Under the pieces are notes generated by a model. The model did no database searches and was not told the DNA's origin. It saw only the letters and a program-made list of their open reading frames with translations. The position numbers and the translations under genes are program-made. A stretch of 47,658 nucleotides of DNA from an uncultured Sulfurospirillum sp. (GTDB taxonomy: Bacteria; Campylobacterota; Campylobacteria; Campylobacterales; Sulfurospirillaceae), in contig CAZHBU010000006.1 of the NCBI GenBank assembly GCA_964530865.1, positions 1 through 47,658 of the forward strand, given 5' to 3'. Below are positions 10,378 through 20,282 of this stretch, in pieces. Position 1 is the first letter of the stretch, and each line of letters begins with the position of its first letter.

Positions 10378-11550
10378 ATGAACGTTCATGAATATCAAGC
10401 AAAACAGATATTTGCTAAGTATGGTGTGCCAGTACCAAAAGGCTATATAGCAACTACGGTTGAAGAAGCAGTAGAAAACGCAAAGAAACTTGGTGGAAAA
10501 GTTTGGGTAGTAAAAGCTCAAATCCACGCAGGTGGTAGAGGACTTGGTGGTGGTGTAAAAGTTGCTACTAGTTTAGAAAAAGTAGAAGAGTTTGCTAAAG
10601 AGATTCTTGGAATGACTTTAGTTACTCACCAAACTGGACCTGAAGGTAAATTAGTTTCAAAAGTTTACATAGAAGAGGGTGCTGACATTGCTGAAGAGCT
10701 TTATCTTGGGGTTGTCCTAGATCGTGCTCGTGAGATGCCAGTTATTATGGCTTCAACTGAAGGTGGTATGGCTATTGAAGATGTAGCTGAGAAGACTCCT
10801 GAGAAGATTATAAAAGTAGCAGTTGACCCTGCTATTGGCTTTAAAGGTTTTCACGGACGTGAGCTTGCTTTTGGATTAGGTCTTCCAAAAGAAGAAATTG
10901 GTAAGTTTATTAAATTTGCTGCTGCACTTTACCAAGTATATATGGAAAATGATGCAGAAATGATAGAGATAAACCCTCTTGTTAAAACTGGTGCTGGCGA
11001 TTTTATAGCACTTGATGGAAAGATGGGATTTGACGACAGTGCATTAGGACGTCATCCTGATATTGAAGCTATGAGAGATTTAAGTGAAGAAGATGCAGAT
11101 GAGAGAGAAGCTAGTGAGTATGGTTTAAGCTATATTGCACTTGATGGTGAAATTGGTTGTATGGTAAACGGAGCAGGACTTGCAATGGGTACTATGGATA
11201 CGATTAACTACATGGGTGGAACTCCTGCAAACTTTTTAGACGTTGGTGGACAAGCAAATGCACAAACTGTTGCAAAAGGTTTTGAAATCATTCTTAAAAA
11301 CCCTAATGTAAAAGCTATATTTGTCAATATATTTGGTGGAATCGTAAGATGTGACAGAATCGCAAACGGAATTCTTGAAGCTACAAAACTTGTAGATGTC
11401 CATGTTCCAGTAATTGTAAGACTTGATGGTACAAATGCACCTGAAGCTGCAGAAATACTAAAAAATGCAGGAATAGCAAATGTTATAGCAGCGACTGACT
11501 TAGGTGATGGTGCTAAAAAATCAGTTGCAGCAGCTAAAGGAGAGTTATAA
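10378..11550 (+). CDS. sucC: Succinyl-CoA synthetase beta subunit
   Basis: [46 protein letters not shown]. Confidence 0.98.
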   Translation: MNVHEYQAKQIFAKYGVPVPKGYIATTVEEAVENAKKLGGKVWVVKAQIHAGGRGLGGGVKVATSLEKVEEFAKEILGMTLVTHQTGPEGKLVSKVYIEEGADIAEELYLGVVLDRAREMPVIMASTEGGMAIEDVAEKTPEKIIKVAVDPAIGFKGFHGRELAFGLGLPKEEIGKFIKFAAALYQVYMENDAEMIEINPLVKTGAGDFIALDGKMGFDDSALGRHPDIEAMRDLSEEDADEREASEYGLSYIALDGEIGCMVNGAGLAMGTMDTINYMGGTPANFLDVGGQANAQTVAKGFEIILKNPNVKAIFVNIFGGIVRCDRIANGILEATKLVDVHVPVIVRLDGTNAPEAAEILKNAGIANVIAATDLGDGAKKSVAAAKGEL

Positions 11551-12422
11551 TGAGTATATTAGTAAACAAAGATACAAAAGTAATCGTTCAAGGTTTTACT
11601 GGTAAAGAAGGAACTTTCCATGCAGAACAGTGTTTAGCTTATGGTACTAAGATAGTTGGTGGTGTAACACCAAACAAAGGTGGACAAACTCATCTTGGTA
11701 AACCAGTATTTAATACAGTAAAAGAAGCAGTTAGCACAACTGGTGCAACTGTAAGTATGATTTTTGTTCCACCTGCATTTGTTAGTGATGCAGTCATGGA
11801 AGCAGCAGACGCTGGAATTGATTTAGCAGTTATTATCACAGAAGGTGCTCCTGTAAGAGACATGCAAGAAGCAAAATCATATGCAACTAAAAAAGACATG
11901 CTTACAATCGGACCAAACTGTCCTGGAATTATAACGGCTGAAGAGTGCAAAATAGGCATTATGCCTGGTGCTGTTTTCAAAAAAGGAAATGTTGGACTTA
12001 TTAGTAAGTCTGGAACATTAACTTATGAGGGAGCAAATCAAGTTTGCAATGAAGGGTTTGGTATTACTACAGCAGTTGGAATTGGTGGAGATCCAATCAT
12101 CGGTCTTAGTTATAAACAACTTTTACCACTTTTTGAAGCAGATCCTGAGACTGAAGCTATTGTTATGATAGGGGAGATTGGTGGAGATCTTGAAATTCAA
12201 GCTGCCGCATATATAAAAGAGAACATTACTAAACCTGTTGTTGCTTTTATTGCGGGTCAAACTGCACCTGCTGGAAAAAGAATGGGACACGCTGGAGCTA
12301 TCATTAGTGGAAGTGCTGGAACAGCTGCTGAGAAAATGGCTGCTCTTGAAGCTGCAGGTGTTACAGTTGTGCAGTCACCAGCAGATATTGGTAAAAAAGT
12401 AGCAGAAGTTTTAAAAAAGTAG
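11550..12422 (+). CDS. sucD: Succinyl-CoA synthetase alpha subunit
   Basis: [29 protein letters not shown] (phospho-His). Confidence 0.98.
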   Translation: MSILVNKDTKVIVQGFTGKEGTFHAEQCLAYGTKIVGGVTPNKGGQTHLGKPVFNTVKEAVSTTGATVSMIFVPPAFVSDAVMEAADAGIDLAVIITEGAPVRDMQEAKSYATKKDMLTIGPNCPGIITAEECKIGIMPGAVFKKGNVGLISKSGTLTYEGANQVCNEGFGITTAVGIGGDPIIGLSYKQLLPLFEADPETEAIVMIGEIGGDLEIQAAAYIKENITKPVVAFIAGQTAPAGKRMGHAGAIISGSAGTAAEKMAALEAAGVTVVQSPADIGKKVAEVLKK

Positions 12423-12431
12423 AGTTTTTAA

Positions 12432-12463
12432 ACCAAGAGTAGATTTTTAAATCTATTCTTGGT
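12432..12463 (+). terminator. Stem-loop after sucD (terminator or stabiliser)
   Basis: ACCAAGAGTAGATTT..AAATCTATTCTTGGT, about 14 bp with one G-U pair; U-tail weak. Confidence 0.55.
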
Positions 12464-12494
12464 ATCATAATATAAATTTGACAAAGGGTTAAAC

Positions 12495-12581
12495 ATGAAA
12501 AATACAGAAGTTACTACTTCGTGCTTTAGTCGCGAGGAATTTTTACTGGACTTGTTCAGTGAAAAGGGGGTAGTGAAATGA
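12495..12581 (+). CDS. Putative 28-aa small ORF/leader upstream of oorD
   Basis: AAGGG SD before ATG 12495; MKNTEVTTSCFSREEFLLDLFSEKGVVK*; its TGA overlaps the oorD ATG (ATGA 12578-12581). Confidence 0.4.
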   Translation: MKNTEVTTSCFSREEFLLDLFSEKGVVK

Positions 12582-12895
12582 GCCTAGTTACAGCCCCTCA
12601 AGATACTCCTGTTTGGGTAGATACAAACAGATGTAAGGCATGTGATGTATGTGTTAGTATGTGTCCTGCTGGAGTGCTAGCTATGATAGCAGCTCCTAGT
12701 TCTATACTTGGATCAATGATAGAAGTTGTTAATCCTGAAGCATGTATTGGATGTAAAGATTGTGAGTTACACTGTCCTGATTTTGCTATATATGTAGCAG
12801 ACAGAAAAGAGTACAAATTTTCAAAGATAACAGATGAAGCGAAAGATCGTTCAGTTGCTATAAGAGAAAATAAATTTAGAAAATTAAGTGCATAG
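12578..12895 (+). CDS. oorD: 2-oxoglutarate:acceptor oxidoreductase delta (ferredoxin-like) subunit
   Basis: Two CxxCxxCxxxCP motifs; first gene of the oorDABC order. Confidence 0.93.
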   Translation: MSLVTAPQDTPVWVDTNRCKACDVCVSMCPAGVLAMIAAPSSILGSMIEVVNPEACIGCKDCELHCPDFAIYVADRKEYKFSKITDEAKDRSVAIRENKFRKLSA

Positions 12896-12907
12896 GGAGT
12901 TATAAAT

Positions 12908-14041
12908 ATGGCAAGAGAAGTAATTTCAAGCGGTAATGCGCTTTCAGCAAAAGCAGCTATAGATTGTGGTTGTGAATTTTTTGGAGGCTATCCTCTTACT
13001 CCATCTAGTGAAATAGCACATGATTTAAGTGTAAGTTTACCTAAGGTTGGTGGTAAATTCATTCAAATGGAAGATGAGATAGCTGGTATATGTGTTGCAC
13101 TTGGTGCATCAATGAGTGGTAAAAAAGCTATGACTGCAACAAGTGGTCCTGGTATGTCTCTAAAATCTGAGCAAATTGGTCTTGCTTTTATAACTGAGAT
13201 TCCTTTAGTAATAGTAAATGTAATGCGTGGTGGTCCTTCAACAGGCCTTCCAACTCGAGTAAGTCAAGCAGATATTGGACAAGCTAAGTATCCAACACAT
13301 GGTGATTATGCTTCAATAACATTTTGTCCAGGTTCTTTGGAAGAGGCTTATACTGAAACTGTAAGAGCATTTAATATGGCTGAAAAGTTTATGACTCCAG
13401 TTTTTGTTCTTTTAGATGAAACTTTAGGACATATGCATGGAAAAGCAATTCTTCCTGATTTAGAAGATATTCAAAAAAATGCAATAAAAAGAGCTAGATT
13501 TGATGGAGATAAAAAAGATTATAAACCTTACGATGTAGCTATGGATGAACCAGCAGTATTGAATCCTTTCTTTGAAGGGTATTATTATCATATAACTGGA
13601 CTTCATCATGGGCCAACAGGACATCCAACTGAAGATGCTAAAGCATGTGAATTTAATATTGAAAGATTGATGGGAAAAATCAATAATAAAACTGAAGAGT
13701 TAATTGAGTATGAAGAGTTTATGCTTGATGATGCTGAAGTTTGTCTTATTGCTTATGGTAGTATCTCAAGAGGTGCGAAAGAAGCTGTTATAAAATTAAG
13801 AGCTGATGGCATAAAGGCCGGATTATTTAGACCAATAACACTTTGGCCAAGTCCAAAAAAGAAGTTAAAAGAGATTGGTGAAAAATTTGATAAAATTTTT
13901 ATCACTGAATTAAATATGGGTCAATACTTAGAAGAAATTCAAAGAGTTATGAAGAGAGATGATTTTGCTACACTTCATAAAGCAAATGGTAGACCAATTG
14001 CACCATTAGAAATGGTAGCAAAAGTTAAGGAGATGTTTTAA
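12908..14041 (+). CDS. oorA: 2-oxoglutarate:acceptor oxidoreductase alpha subunit
   Basis: GGYPLTPSSE, QMEDE, TATSGPG, RGGPSTGLPT. Confidence 0.95.
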   Translation: MAREVISSGNALSAKAAIDCGCEFFGGYPLTPSSEIAHDLSVSLPKVGGKFIQMEDEIAGICVALGASMSGKKAMTATSGPGMSLKSEQIGLAFITEIPLVIVNVMRGGPSTGLPTRVSQADIGQAKYPTHGDYASITFCPGSLEEAYTETVRAFNMAEKFMTPVFVLLDETLGHMHGKAILPDLEDIQKNAIKRARFDGDKKDYKPYDVAMDEPAVLNPFFEGYYYHITGLHHGPTGHPTEDAKACEFNIERLMGKINNKTEELIEYEEFMLDDAEVCLIAYGSISRGAKEAVIKLRADGIKAGLFRPITLWPSPKKKLKEIGEKFDKIFITELNMGQYLEEIQRVMKRDDFATLHKANGRPIAPLEMVAKVKEMF

Positions 14042-14871
14042 TGGCTTTTAATTATGATAAATATCTTAGAGTTGATAAGATGCCAACATTATGGTGTTGG
14101 GGTTGTGGTGATGGTGTTATACTTAAAGCTTGTATTCGTGCTATTGATAAAATGGGATGGGATATGAAAGATGTTTGTGTAGTATCTGGTATTGGCTGTA
14201 GTGGTCGTTTTAGCTCATACATGAACTGTAATACAGTTCATACTACTCATGGTCGAGCAATTGCTTATGCTACTGGTATTAAACTTGCAAATCCTGAAAA
14301 ACATGTGATTGTTGTAACGGGTGATGGTGATGGACTTGCAATTGGTGGAAACCACACAATTCATGGTTGTAGAAGAAATATAGATTTAAATCATATTTTA
14401 ATCAATAACTTTATTTATGGTTTGACTAATTCTCAAACAAGTCCAACTACTCCCAAAGGAATGTGGACGGTTACTGCTCAGTATGGTAATGTTGATCCAA
14501 CATTTAATGCTGCAAAACTTGCATTTGGTGCTGGAGCAACTTTTATTTCTCGTGAGACAGTTTTAAATCCTGCTAAAATGGAAAAAGTACTTATTGCTGG
14601 GTTTAAACATAAGGGCTATTCTTTTATGGAAATGTTTTCAAATTGTCATATAAATCTTGGTAGAAAAAACAAGATGGGTGATGCAGTTCAAAACCTTAAT
14701 TGGATTGATGATATGTCATTACCACTTAAAAAGTATGAAGCTCTTCCTGATGGAGAGAAGCTTGGAAAATTTCCAACAGGTGTTTTAAAGCAGTATGATA
14801 ACCCAGAATATTGTGAAAGCTACGATAAAGTAATCGAAGCTGCACAAAATAAAACAACAGTTAAGTTTTAA
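14041..14871 (+). CDS. oorB: 2-oxoglutarate:acceptor oxidoreductase beta subunit (TPP-binding)
   Basis: WCWGCGD, SGIGCSGR, GDGD..NN TPP motif. Confidence 0.95.
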   Translation: MAFNYDKYLRVDKMPTLWCWGCGDGVILKACIRAIDKMGWDMKDVCVVSGIGCSGRFSSYMNCNTVHTTHGRAIAYATGIKLANPEKHVIVVTGDGDGLAIGGNHTIHGCRRNIDLNHILINNFIYGLTNSQTSPTTPKGMWTVTAQYGNVDPTFNAAKLAFGAGATFISRETVLNPAKMEKVLIAGFKHKGYSFMEMFSNCHINLGRKNKMGDAVQNLNWIDDMSLPLKKYEALPDGEKLGKFPTGVLKQYDNPEYCESYDKVIEAAQNKTTVKF

Positions 14872-14878
14872 GGAGACC

Positions 14879-15433
14879 ATGATGAGAAGACAATTAAGAT
14901 TTGTTGGTGTTGGTGGTCAAGGTGTTATCCTTGCGGGTGAAATTTTAGCTGTTGCAAAGATAAAAGAGGGTGGTTATGGCGTAAAAGCTTCGACTTATAC
15001 TTCTCAAGTAAGAGGAGGTCCAACAAAAGTTGATATCCTTCTTGATGATGATGAAATTCTTTTTCCTTATGCAAATGAGGGTGAAATTGAATTTATGATT
15101 GCAACTGCACAAGTAAGTTTCAATAACTTTAAAAATGGTGTAAAAGATGGAGCAGTTATTGTAATTGAACCAAATCTTGTAACTCCAAGTGAAGAAGATA
15201 GAAAAAGATGGAGAATTATCGAAATTCCTATTATTACTATTGCTAAAGAAGAGGTGGGAAATGTAATTACTCAATCTGTTGTTGCTCTTGCAATTACAAT
15301 TGAAATGACAAAAGTTCTTCCTGATGATTTAGTTCTTGAAGTTATGCTTTCAAAAGTGCCACCAAAAGTACATGAAGCAAATAAATTAGCTTATTCTTTA
15401 GGTAAAAAATATGCTAAAGAAGCGTTAGCTTAA
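14879..15433 (+). CDS. oorC: 2-oxoglutarate:acceptor oxidoreductase gamma subunit
   Basis: GVGGQGV, YTSQVRGG. Confidence 0.95.
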   Translation: MMRRQLRFVGVGGQGVILAGEILAVAKIKEGGYGVKASTYTSQVRGGPTKVDILLDDDEILFPYANEGEIEFMIATAQVSFNNFKNGVKDGAVIVIEPNLVTPSEEDRKRWRIIEIPIITIAKEEVGNVITQSVVALAITIEMTKVLPDDLVLEVMLSKVPPKVHEANKLAYSLGKKYAKEALA

Positions 15434-15437
15434 AATC

Positions 15438-15466
15438 TAAAAGGGCTTTGAATCAAAGCCCTTTTA
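15438..15466 (+). terminator. Rho-independent terminator after oorC
   Basis: TAAAAGGGCTTTG-AAT-CAAAGCCCTTTTA perfect inverted repeat ending in a T run. Confidence 0.8.
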
Positions 15467-15491
15467 AACACTTTTCTTGTAGAATTACTCT

Positions 15492-16034
15492 ATGAATAAA
15501 AATATAAACTACTTAATCGAATACTTAGCAAAATCAGAAAATATTTTATACCAAGATATTTTAAACTTTTTTGAAAAAGAGGGTATTTATACTCCAACAA
15601 AGTATGAAGCTAAAACCATAAAAGTACTCGCTAAAAAATCTGGACTTGAAATTGACAATGCTAGTATACTTCTTGATGAAAAAATAAAATTAGAGCTTCA
15701 TGAAAGACTTATAGAGGCAAAAAAACAGCTTTTTGAAACTTTTTTAAAAGCAAACTTTAAAAAGAAAAAAGAGCAGTTTGACAAAGTTGAAACTACTATA
15801 TTTAAGTGCTTAAGTAGCTATATAGTTGGAATAACAAAAGCTTTTGATCTATTCTATGTTTATACTAAAAACAATCAGCAAAAACCTGAAATTTTTATAG
15901 AATTTGCAAATACTTTACATGTAAAACTTTTTGAGAGTATCTTCAATAAAGAAGAGAAAGTACTTTTGGAAGGTAAACTAAAAGAGGTTATGAGTGTCTA
16001 TCTTGCATTGTATGCAAAATACCTCTACATGTAA
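15492..16034 (+). CDS. Hypothetical cytoplasmic, helix-rich protein
   Basis: 180-aa ORF whose stop overlaps the next start (TAATG); no motif recognised. Confidence 0.7.
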   Translation: MNKNINYLIEYLAKSENILYQDILNFFEKEGIYTPTKYEAKTIKVLAKKSGLEIDNASILLDEKIKLELHERLIEAKKQLFETFLKANFKKKKEQFDKVETTIFKCLSSYIVGITKAFDLFYVYTKNNQQKPEIFIEFANTLHVKLFESIFNKEEKVLLEGKLKEVMSVYLALYAKYLYM

Positions 16035-17230
16035 TGTATGATGTTATAGTTATAGGAGCAGGACCTTCTGGCATGATGAGTGCTATCAGCTCTGCAAGAA
16101 ATGGTAAGAAAGTACTTCTTTTAGAAAAACTGCCTAAAATTGGGGCAAAGCTAAAAGCTACTGGTGGTGGGAAATGTAACTTAACCAATACTCTAAATAG
16201 TGAAGATTTTATGGCTAGCTTTGGTAGAAATGGTCGTTTTATGAGAGATGCACTTTTAAATTTTAGCAATAAAGATTTAAGAGAGTTTTTCATGCAGATA
16301 GGGGTTAAAACTGACTGCTTAGATGGTTTTAGAATATTTCCTGATTCTCATAATTCTGGTAGTGTTCTTAATGCTTTAGAATCAGAGTTAAAACGTTTAC
16401 ATGTAGAAACTATTTGTGCAGTTAAAATACAAAAAGTAGAATTTAATGAAAATTTTAAAGTTAATGAATATTGTTCAAAAAATATAATTATTGCTACGGG
16501 AGGACTTGGTTACCCTGTACTTGGAGCGAATGGAGATGGATATAGGTTTGCTAAGGATTATGGACACAAGATAATGGGGCTTAGTCCCGCTATGATGCCG
16601 TTACATGTAAAGGAAGATTGGGTAGCGAACTGTAGAGCTGATACTATAGCCAAGGCTTTGATTTGGGTGGCTATTCCTAAATATAAAAAACTAAAAGCTA
16701 TTGGGGATTTAATTTTTACTAAAAATGGTATACGAGGACCTGTAGTTTTAGATTTTTCCAGAGAGATAACTCCCTTGTTAAAAAAGTATAAAGAGATACC
16801 TCTACATGTAAATATGATAAATGGTAAAAATGAAGAGGATATTTTTTTGCATTTAAAGAAGAATAGTGACAAAACTATCTTAGAAAACATAAGTATACTT
16901 TTACCAAAATCTGTGTCAAGTGAACTTCTAAAAATAGTTCAAATAGAGCCTACATGTAAGTATAAAAATATTGATGGTAAAAAACGAAATGAGTTAATTA
17001 AAATCTTAGTAAAAACACCTTTACACGTGGTTGGTCATGATGGCTTTGAAAAAGCGATGATAACTAGGGGAGGGGTCAGTCTAAAAGAGATAGACCCAAA
17101 AACTATGCAGAGTAGACTTGTGAAAGGTTTGTATTTTTGTGGTGAAGTAGTTGATCTTGATGGTCCTTGTGGTGGATATAATCTTCAATGGTCATTTTCT
17201 AGTGGGTATTTGGCTGGAAAGTCTATTTAA
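16034..17230 (+). CDS. HI0933/YhiN/BaiN-family FAD-dependent oxidoreductase
   Basis: GAGPSG, GAKLKATGGGKCNLTN, IATGG, TRGGV, GEVVDLDGPCGGYNLQ. Confidence 0.93.
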   Translation: MYDVIVIGAGPSGMMSAISSARNGKKVLLLEKLPKIGAKLKATGGGKCNLTNTLNSEDFMASFGRNGRFMRDALLNFSNKDLREFFMQIGVKTDCLDGFRIFPDSHNSGSVLNALESELKRLHVETICAVKIQKVEFNENFKVNEYCSKNIIIATGGLGYPVLGANGDGYRFAKDYGHKIMGLSPAMMPLHVKEDWVANCRADTIAKALIWVAIPKYKKLKAIGDLIFTKNGIRGPVVLDFSREITPLLKKYKEIPLHVNMINGKNEEDIFLHLKKNSDKTILENISILLPKSVSSELLKIVQIEPTCKYKNIDGKKRNELIKILVKTPLHVVGHDGFEKAMITRGGVSLKEIDPKTMQSRLVKGLYFCGEVVDLDGPCGGYNLQWSFSSGYLAGKSI

Positions 17231-17897
17231 AAAGTGTACTACCTATGCGAAGCATATTTGAACCACACTCTACAGCAAGTTCATAATCTTGACTCATGCC
17301 CATTGAGCAGTATTTTGCTCCTTTGGACTCTAGCTTTTTAAAGATAGAGTGAGTAGTTTTAAAGCTCTTTTTTACTAGTGATATATCATCTGAATGAGCA
17401 CCAATACTCATAACACCTTTTAATTTCAAGTGTTTACATGTAGAGAGGATTTCATCATATATATGCAGGGCATCTTCTGGTAATACACCAGCTTTTTGTT
17501 CTTCATAGGCACTATTTATTTGGAGTAAAGCACTCATTGTTTTACCCTTTACTTTTAAACGCTTATCTATCTCTTTTGCCATCTCCAAAGAGCTACAACT
17601 ATGCATTAGAGATGGACTTAAATCTATGAGAGCATTTATCTTGTTTGTTTGAAGTCTACCTATAAAGTGCCACTCTAAAGGAAGTTCGCTAAGAGCTTCT
17701 GTCTTTGTTTTATAGTCTTGTACTTTGTTCTCTCCAAATGCACGCTGACCAATGTTATACATATTTTCAACTGCTTTAAAATCTACGTTTTTACTTACAG
17801 CAATTATTTTTATGATTTGATGCTGATTTACTTCAAGTCTAACTTTTTCTATTTTAGTTAAAATTTCATCAAATCTCTCTTCATATAAACTAACCAT
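17223..17897 (-). CDS. yggS: PLP homeostasis protein YggS/PLPBP
   Basis: AVSK, FGENKVQ, WHFIGRLQTNK, SMGMSQD, RIGS. Confidence 0.95.
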   Translation of the reverse strand: MVSLYEERFDEILTKIEKVRLEVNQHQIIKIIAVSKNVDFKAVENMYNIGQRAFGENKVQDYKTKTEALSELPLEWHFIGRLQTNKINALIDLSPSLMHSCSSLEMAKEIDKRLKVKGKTMSALLQINSAYEEQKAGVLPEDALHIYDEILSTCKHLKLKGVMSIGAHSDDISLVKKSFKTTHSIFKKLESKGAKYCSMGMSQDYELAVECGSNMLRIGSTLFK

Positions 17898-18955
17898 CAG
17901 TAGCCTCCAAAAATTCTATATATATCATTGAAAATAGTAAATGCCATCAGTGTTAGTAAAAATACCCAACCAAAAACAGTCATACGGTACAAGACTTTCT
18001 CGCTAGGTGCTTTTTTAGTTATCATTTCATAAAGGTTAAACATAATATGTCCACCATCAAGAGCAGGGATAGGAAGTAGGTTTAAAACTCCTAAGTTTAC
18101 AGAAATGAGTGCTGTCAATGCTAAAAGTGCAATAATTCCTGCTTCACTAGCTTGTGCAGTGAATTGAACTATGGATACAAAACCACCTAAATCTTTAACA
18201 GGAATGATTCCTTGAATTAATTTTTGCAAGCTAGTTATGATAAAAGTAGTAGCTTTTAGTGTTTCATCATAAGCAAATATAAGAGTTTCTACAGGAGTGA
18301 GTTGTAGTACAAAGGTATCTTCACTAGGTGATATACCTAGAATTCTCTTTTTGACACTCTCTCCAAATTTGTTTTTAATCTCTTTTATCTCAGGAGTTGT
18401 CATAAGAGTTTTTACTTTTTTACCTCTTTGAATTGTGATAAGAAGTTTGCCTTCACTTGCTTTTATGAGAGTGCTTAAATCGTCCCACGTTTCCACATTT
18501 TCACCATTTATCTCTATAACTCTGTCATTTTTTATGAGTCCTATCTCTTGTGCAGGAGTACCAATTCCAACACTGCCTATGATGGGTGAGAATTTAGTAA
18601 CGCCTATGTTTGCAATGGCCAAATATAGAAAAAATGCTAAAAGAAAGTTTGCAAAAGGACCTGCTAAAAGTATGATAACTCTTTTCCATGGTCTTTTTGT
18701 GTTGTAACTATCTTTATCGTTACTTACTTTTGTAGGGTCACTATCATCTTGACCTTTCATCTGTACAAATCCACCAAGTGGAATCATTGCTAAGCGATAT
18801 TCTGTTTTACCAATAACTTTGCTAAATACTTTTTTACCAAATCCTATACTAAATACCTCCACATGTACGCCAAAAAAACGAGCTGCTAGGAAGTGACCTA
18901 GTTCATGAAAAAATATTAAAAATGATAGAACTAAAAGTGATGTTAACATGCCCAT
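17897..18955 (-). CDS. rseP: Site-2 intramembrane metalloprotease RseP
   Basis: HELGH, FSIGFG, PLGGFV, a PDZ-like region, NLLPIPALDGG. Confidence 0.95.
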   Translation of the reverse strand: MGMLTSLLVLSFLIFFHELGHFLAARFFGVHVEVFSIGFGKKVFSKVIGKTEYRLAMIPLGGFVQMKGQDDSDPTKVSNDKDSYNTKRPWKRVIILLAGPFANFLLAFFLYLAIANIGVTKFSPIIGSVGIGTPAQEIGLIKNDRVIEINGENVETWDDLSTLIKASEGKLLITIQRGKKVKTLMTTPEIKEIKNKFGESVKKRILGISPSEDTFVLQLTPVETLIFAYDETLKATTFIITSLQKLIQGIIPVKDLGGFVSIVQFTAQASEAGIIALLALTALISVNLGVLNLLPIPALDGGHIMFNLYEMITKKAPSEKVLYRMTVFGWVFLLTLMAFTIFNDIYRIFGGY

Positions 18956-19497
18956 TATTTGTCTGCCTTTTTACTGTAACTAAGTATATATTCTAATCCT
19001 GAATAGAGTGTTAATCCAACAGCAATCCATAAAAGAAGATTTGCATATGACCAATCCATAATAGAAAAACCAATTGCCATCATTTGTGAAAATGTTTTTG
19101 CTTTGCCCCAATTAGAGGCTTTAATATCCATGCCTTTACTTGCTGCTGCTACCCTTAATCCTGTTATAAAAAATTCACGAGTAAGAATAAGATAAACAGC
19201 CCAAACATTGGCTCTATCAATGACCATCAGACCTAAAAATGCACCAAGCATTAGCATTTTATCGGCTAATGGATCAAGTATAGCTCCAAGTGTTGTTTGT
19301 TGCTTCCAGGCACGAGCTATAAAACCATCAAATCCATCAGTGACACTTGCAATAACAAAAATTAGTGCAGCAATATAGTCAAGCCAACTTACATGAATGC
19401 CTTCAAAAACATAACTATCTCTGCCAACAAGAAACCATAACATAAGGGGTGCAAGTAGAATTCTACTTAACGCTAAAAAATTTGGTAAATTTAACAT
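18955..19497 (-). CDS. pgsA: CDP-diacylglycerol--glycerol-3-phosphate 3-phosphatidyltransferase
   Basis: DGFDGFIAR..GAILDPLADK CDP-alcohol phosphotransferase motif. Start reset to MLNLPN (19497), which overlaps the upstream stop. Confidence 0.93.
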   Translation of the reverse strand: MLNLPNFLALSRILLAPLMLWFLVGRDSYVFEGIHVSWLDYIAALIFVIASVTDGFDGFIARAWKQQTTLGAILDPLADKMLMLGAFLGLMVIDRANVWAVYLILTREFFITGLRVAAASKGMDIKASNWGKAKTFSQMMAIGFSIMDWSYANLLLWIAVGLTLYSGLEYILSYSKKADK

Positions 19498-20279
19498 GTT
19501 TGGAAAGTTGTTCCTCCATCGATTAAAAGTGTATGACCTGTCATCCAACTTGCTTTTTCTGAACATACAAATAGACATGCTCCTGCTATATCTCTAGGTT
19601 GTCCCATGCGATTTAAGGGTGAAAGTTGAGCAGTTGTATTTTTTACTTCTTCGTAGTTTGTAAATGCTCTTAAAGCGTCAGTTTCGATTGGACCACCACT
19701 AACTACGTTAACTCTGATGTTCATTTCACCAAGTTCAGCCGCTGCATATCTAGCCATGGCTTCAACTGCTGCTTTTGCAGTACCGTGACCTGCATAGTGT
19801 TTTATGTACTGTAAGTTTCCAGTTGAAGAGATAGAAATTATGCTTCCTCCTCCAACTTTTTGCATTCTTTTTGCTGCTTCTTGAGAGCCAACTACAAAAG
19901 CATTTACAGTTGCAGTAAAGATATTATTTATGCCTCTTGGTTTTAGTTTCATGTACTTGGTATATCCGCCAACAACAGGGCGACCAGAGATGATTGCATT
20001 TGATATAAAGTAATTAATTTCGTCAAAATCTTCATCTATTAATTTAAATAAATCTTTATATGTTTCAGGCTCTAAAATATTTAAAGAGTAGGTTCTTGCT
20101 TTTATGCCATAATTTTTTTCTAAGTCTTCTACTTGGTTATCTGCCATCTCTTTGTTAGAGTTATATGTAAATGCTATATTTACGCCTTGTTTTGCAAAGT
20201 CATATACTATTGCTTTTCCTATTCCTCTTGTTCCGCCACTTATAACAAGTGTTTTACCTTTCATTTCGCTATAACCCAT
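19491..20279 (-). CDS. SDR-family enoyl-ACP reductase (FabL-like)
   Basis: SGGTRGIG, Y-X6-K (YAGHGTAK), RVNVVSGGPIETDAL; follows dapA as in Campylobacter. Confidence 0.8.
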   Translation of the reverse strand: MGYSEMKGKTLVISGGTRGIGKAIVYDFAKQGVNIAFTYNSNKEMADNQVEDLEKNYGIKARTYSLNILEPETYKDLFKLIDEDFDEINYFISNAIISGRPVVGGYTKYMKLKPRGINNIFTATVNAFVVGSQEAAKRMQKVGGGSIISISSTGNLQYIKHYAGHGTAKAAVEAMARYAAAELGEMNIRVNVVSGGPIETDALRAFTNYEEVKNTTAQLSPLNRMGQPRDIAGACLFVCSEKASWMTGHTLLIDGGTTFQTC

Positions 20280-20282
20280 ATT

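Noticed and set aside
19498-19578. pgsA N-terminal extension
   Set aside because: Overlaps the SDR gene in another frame; PgsA-like sequence begins at MLNLPN (19497).
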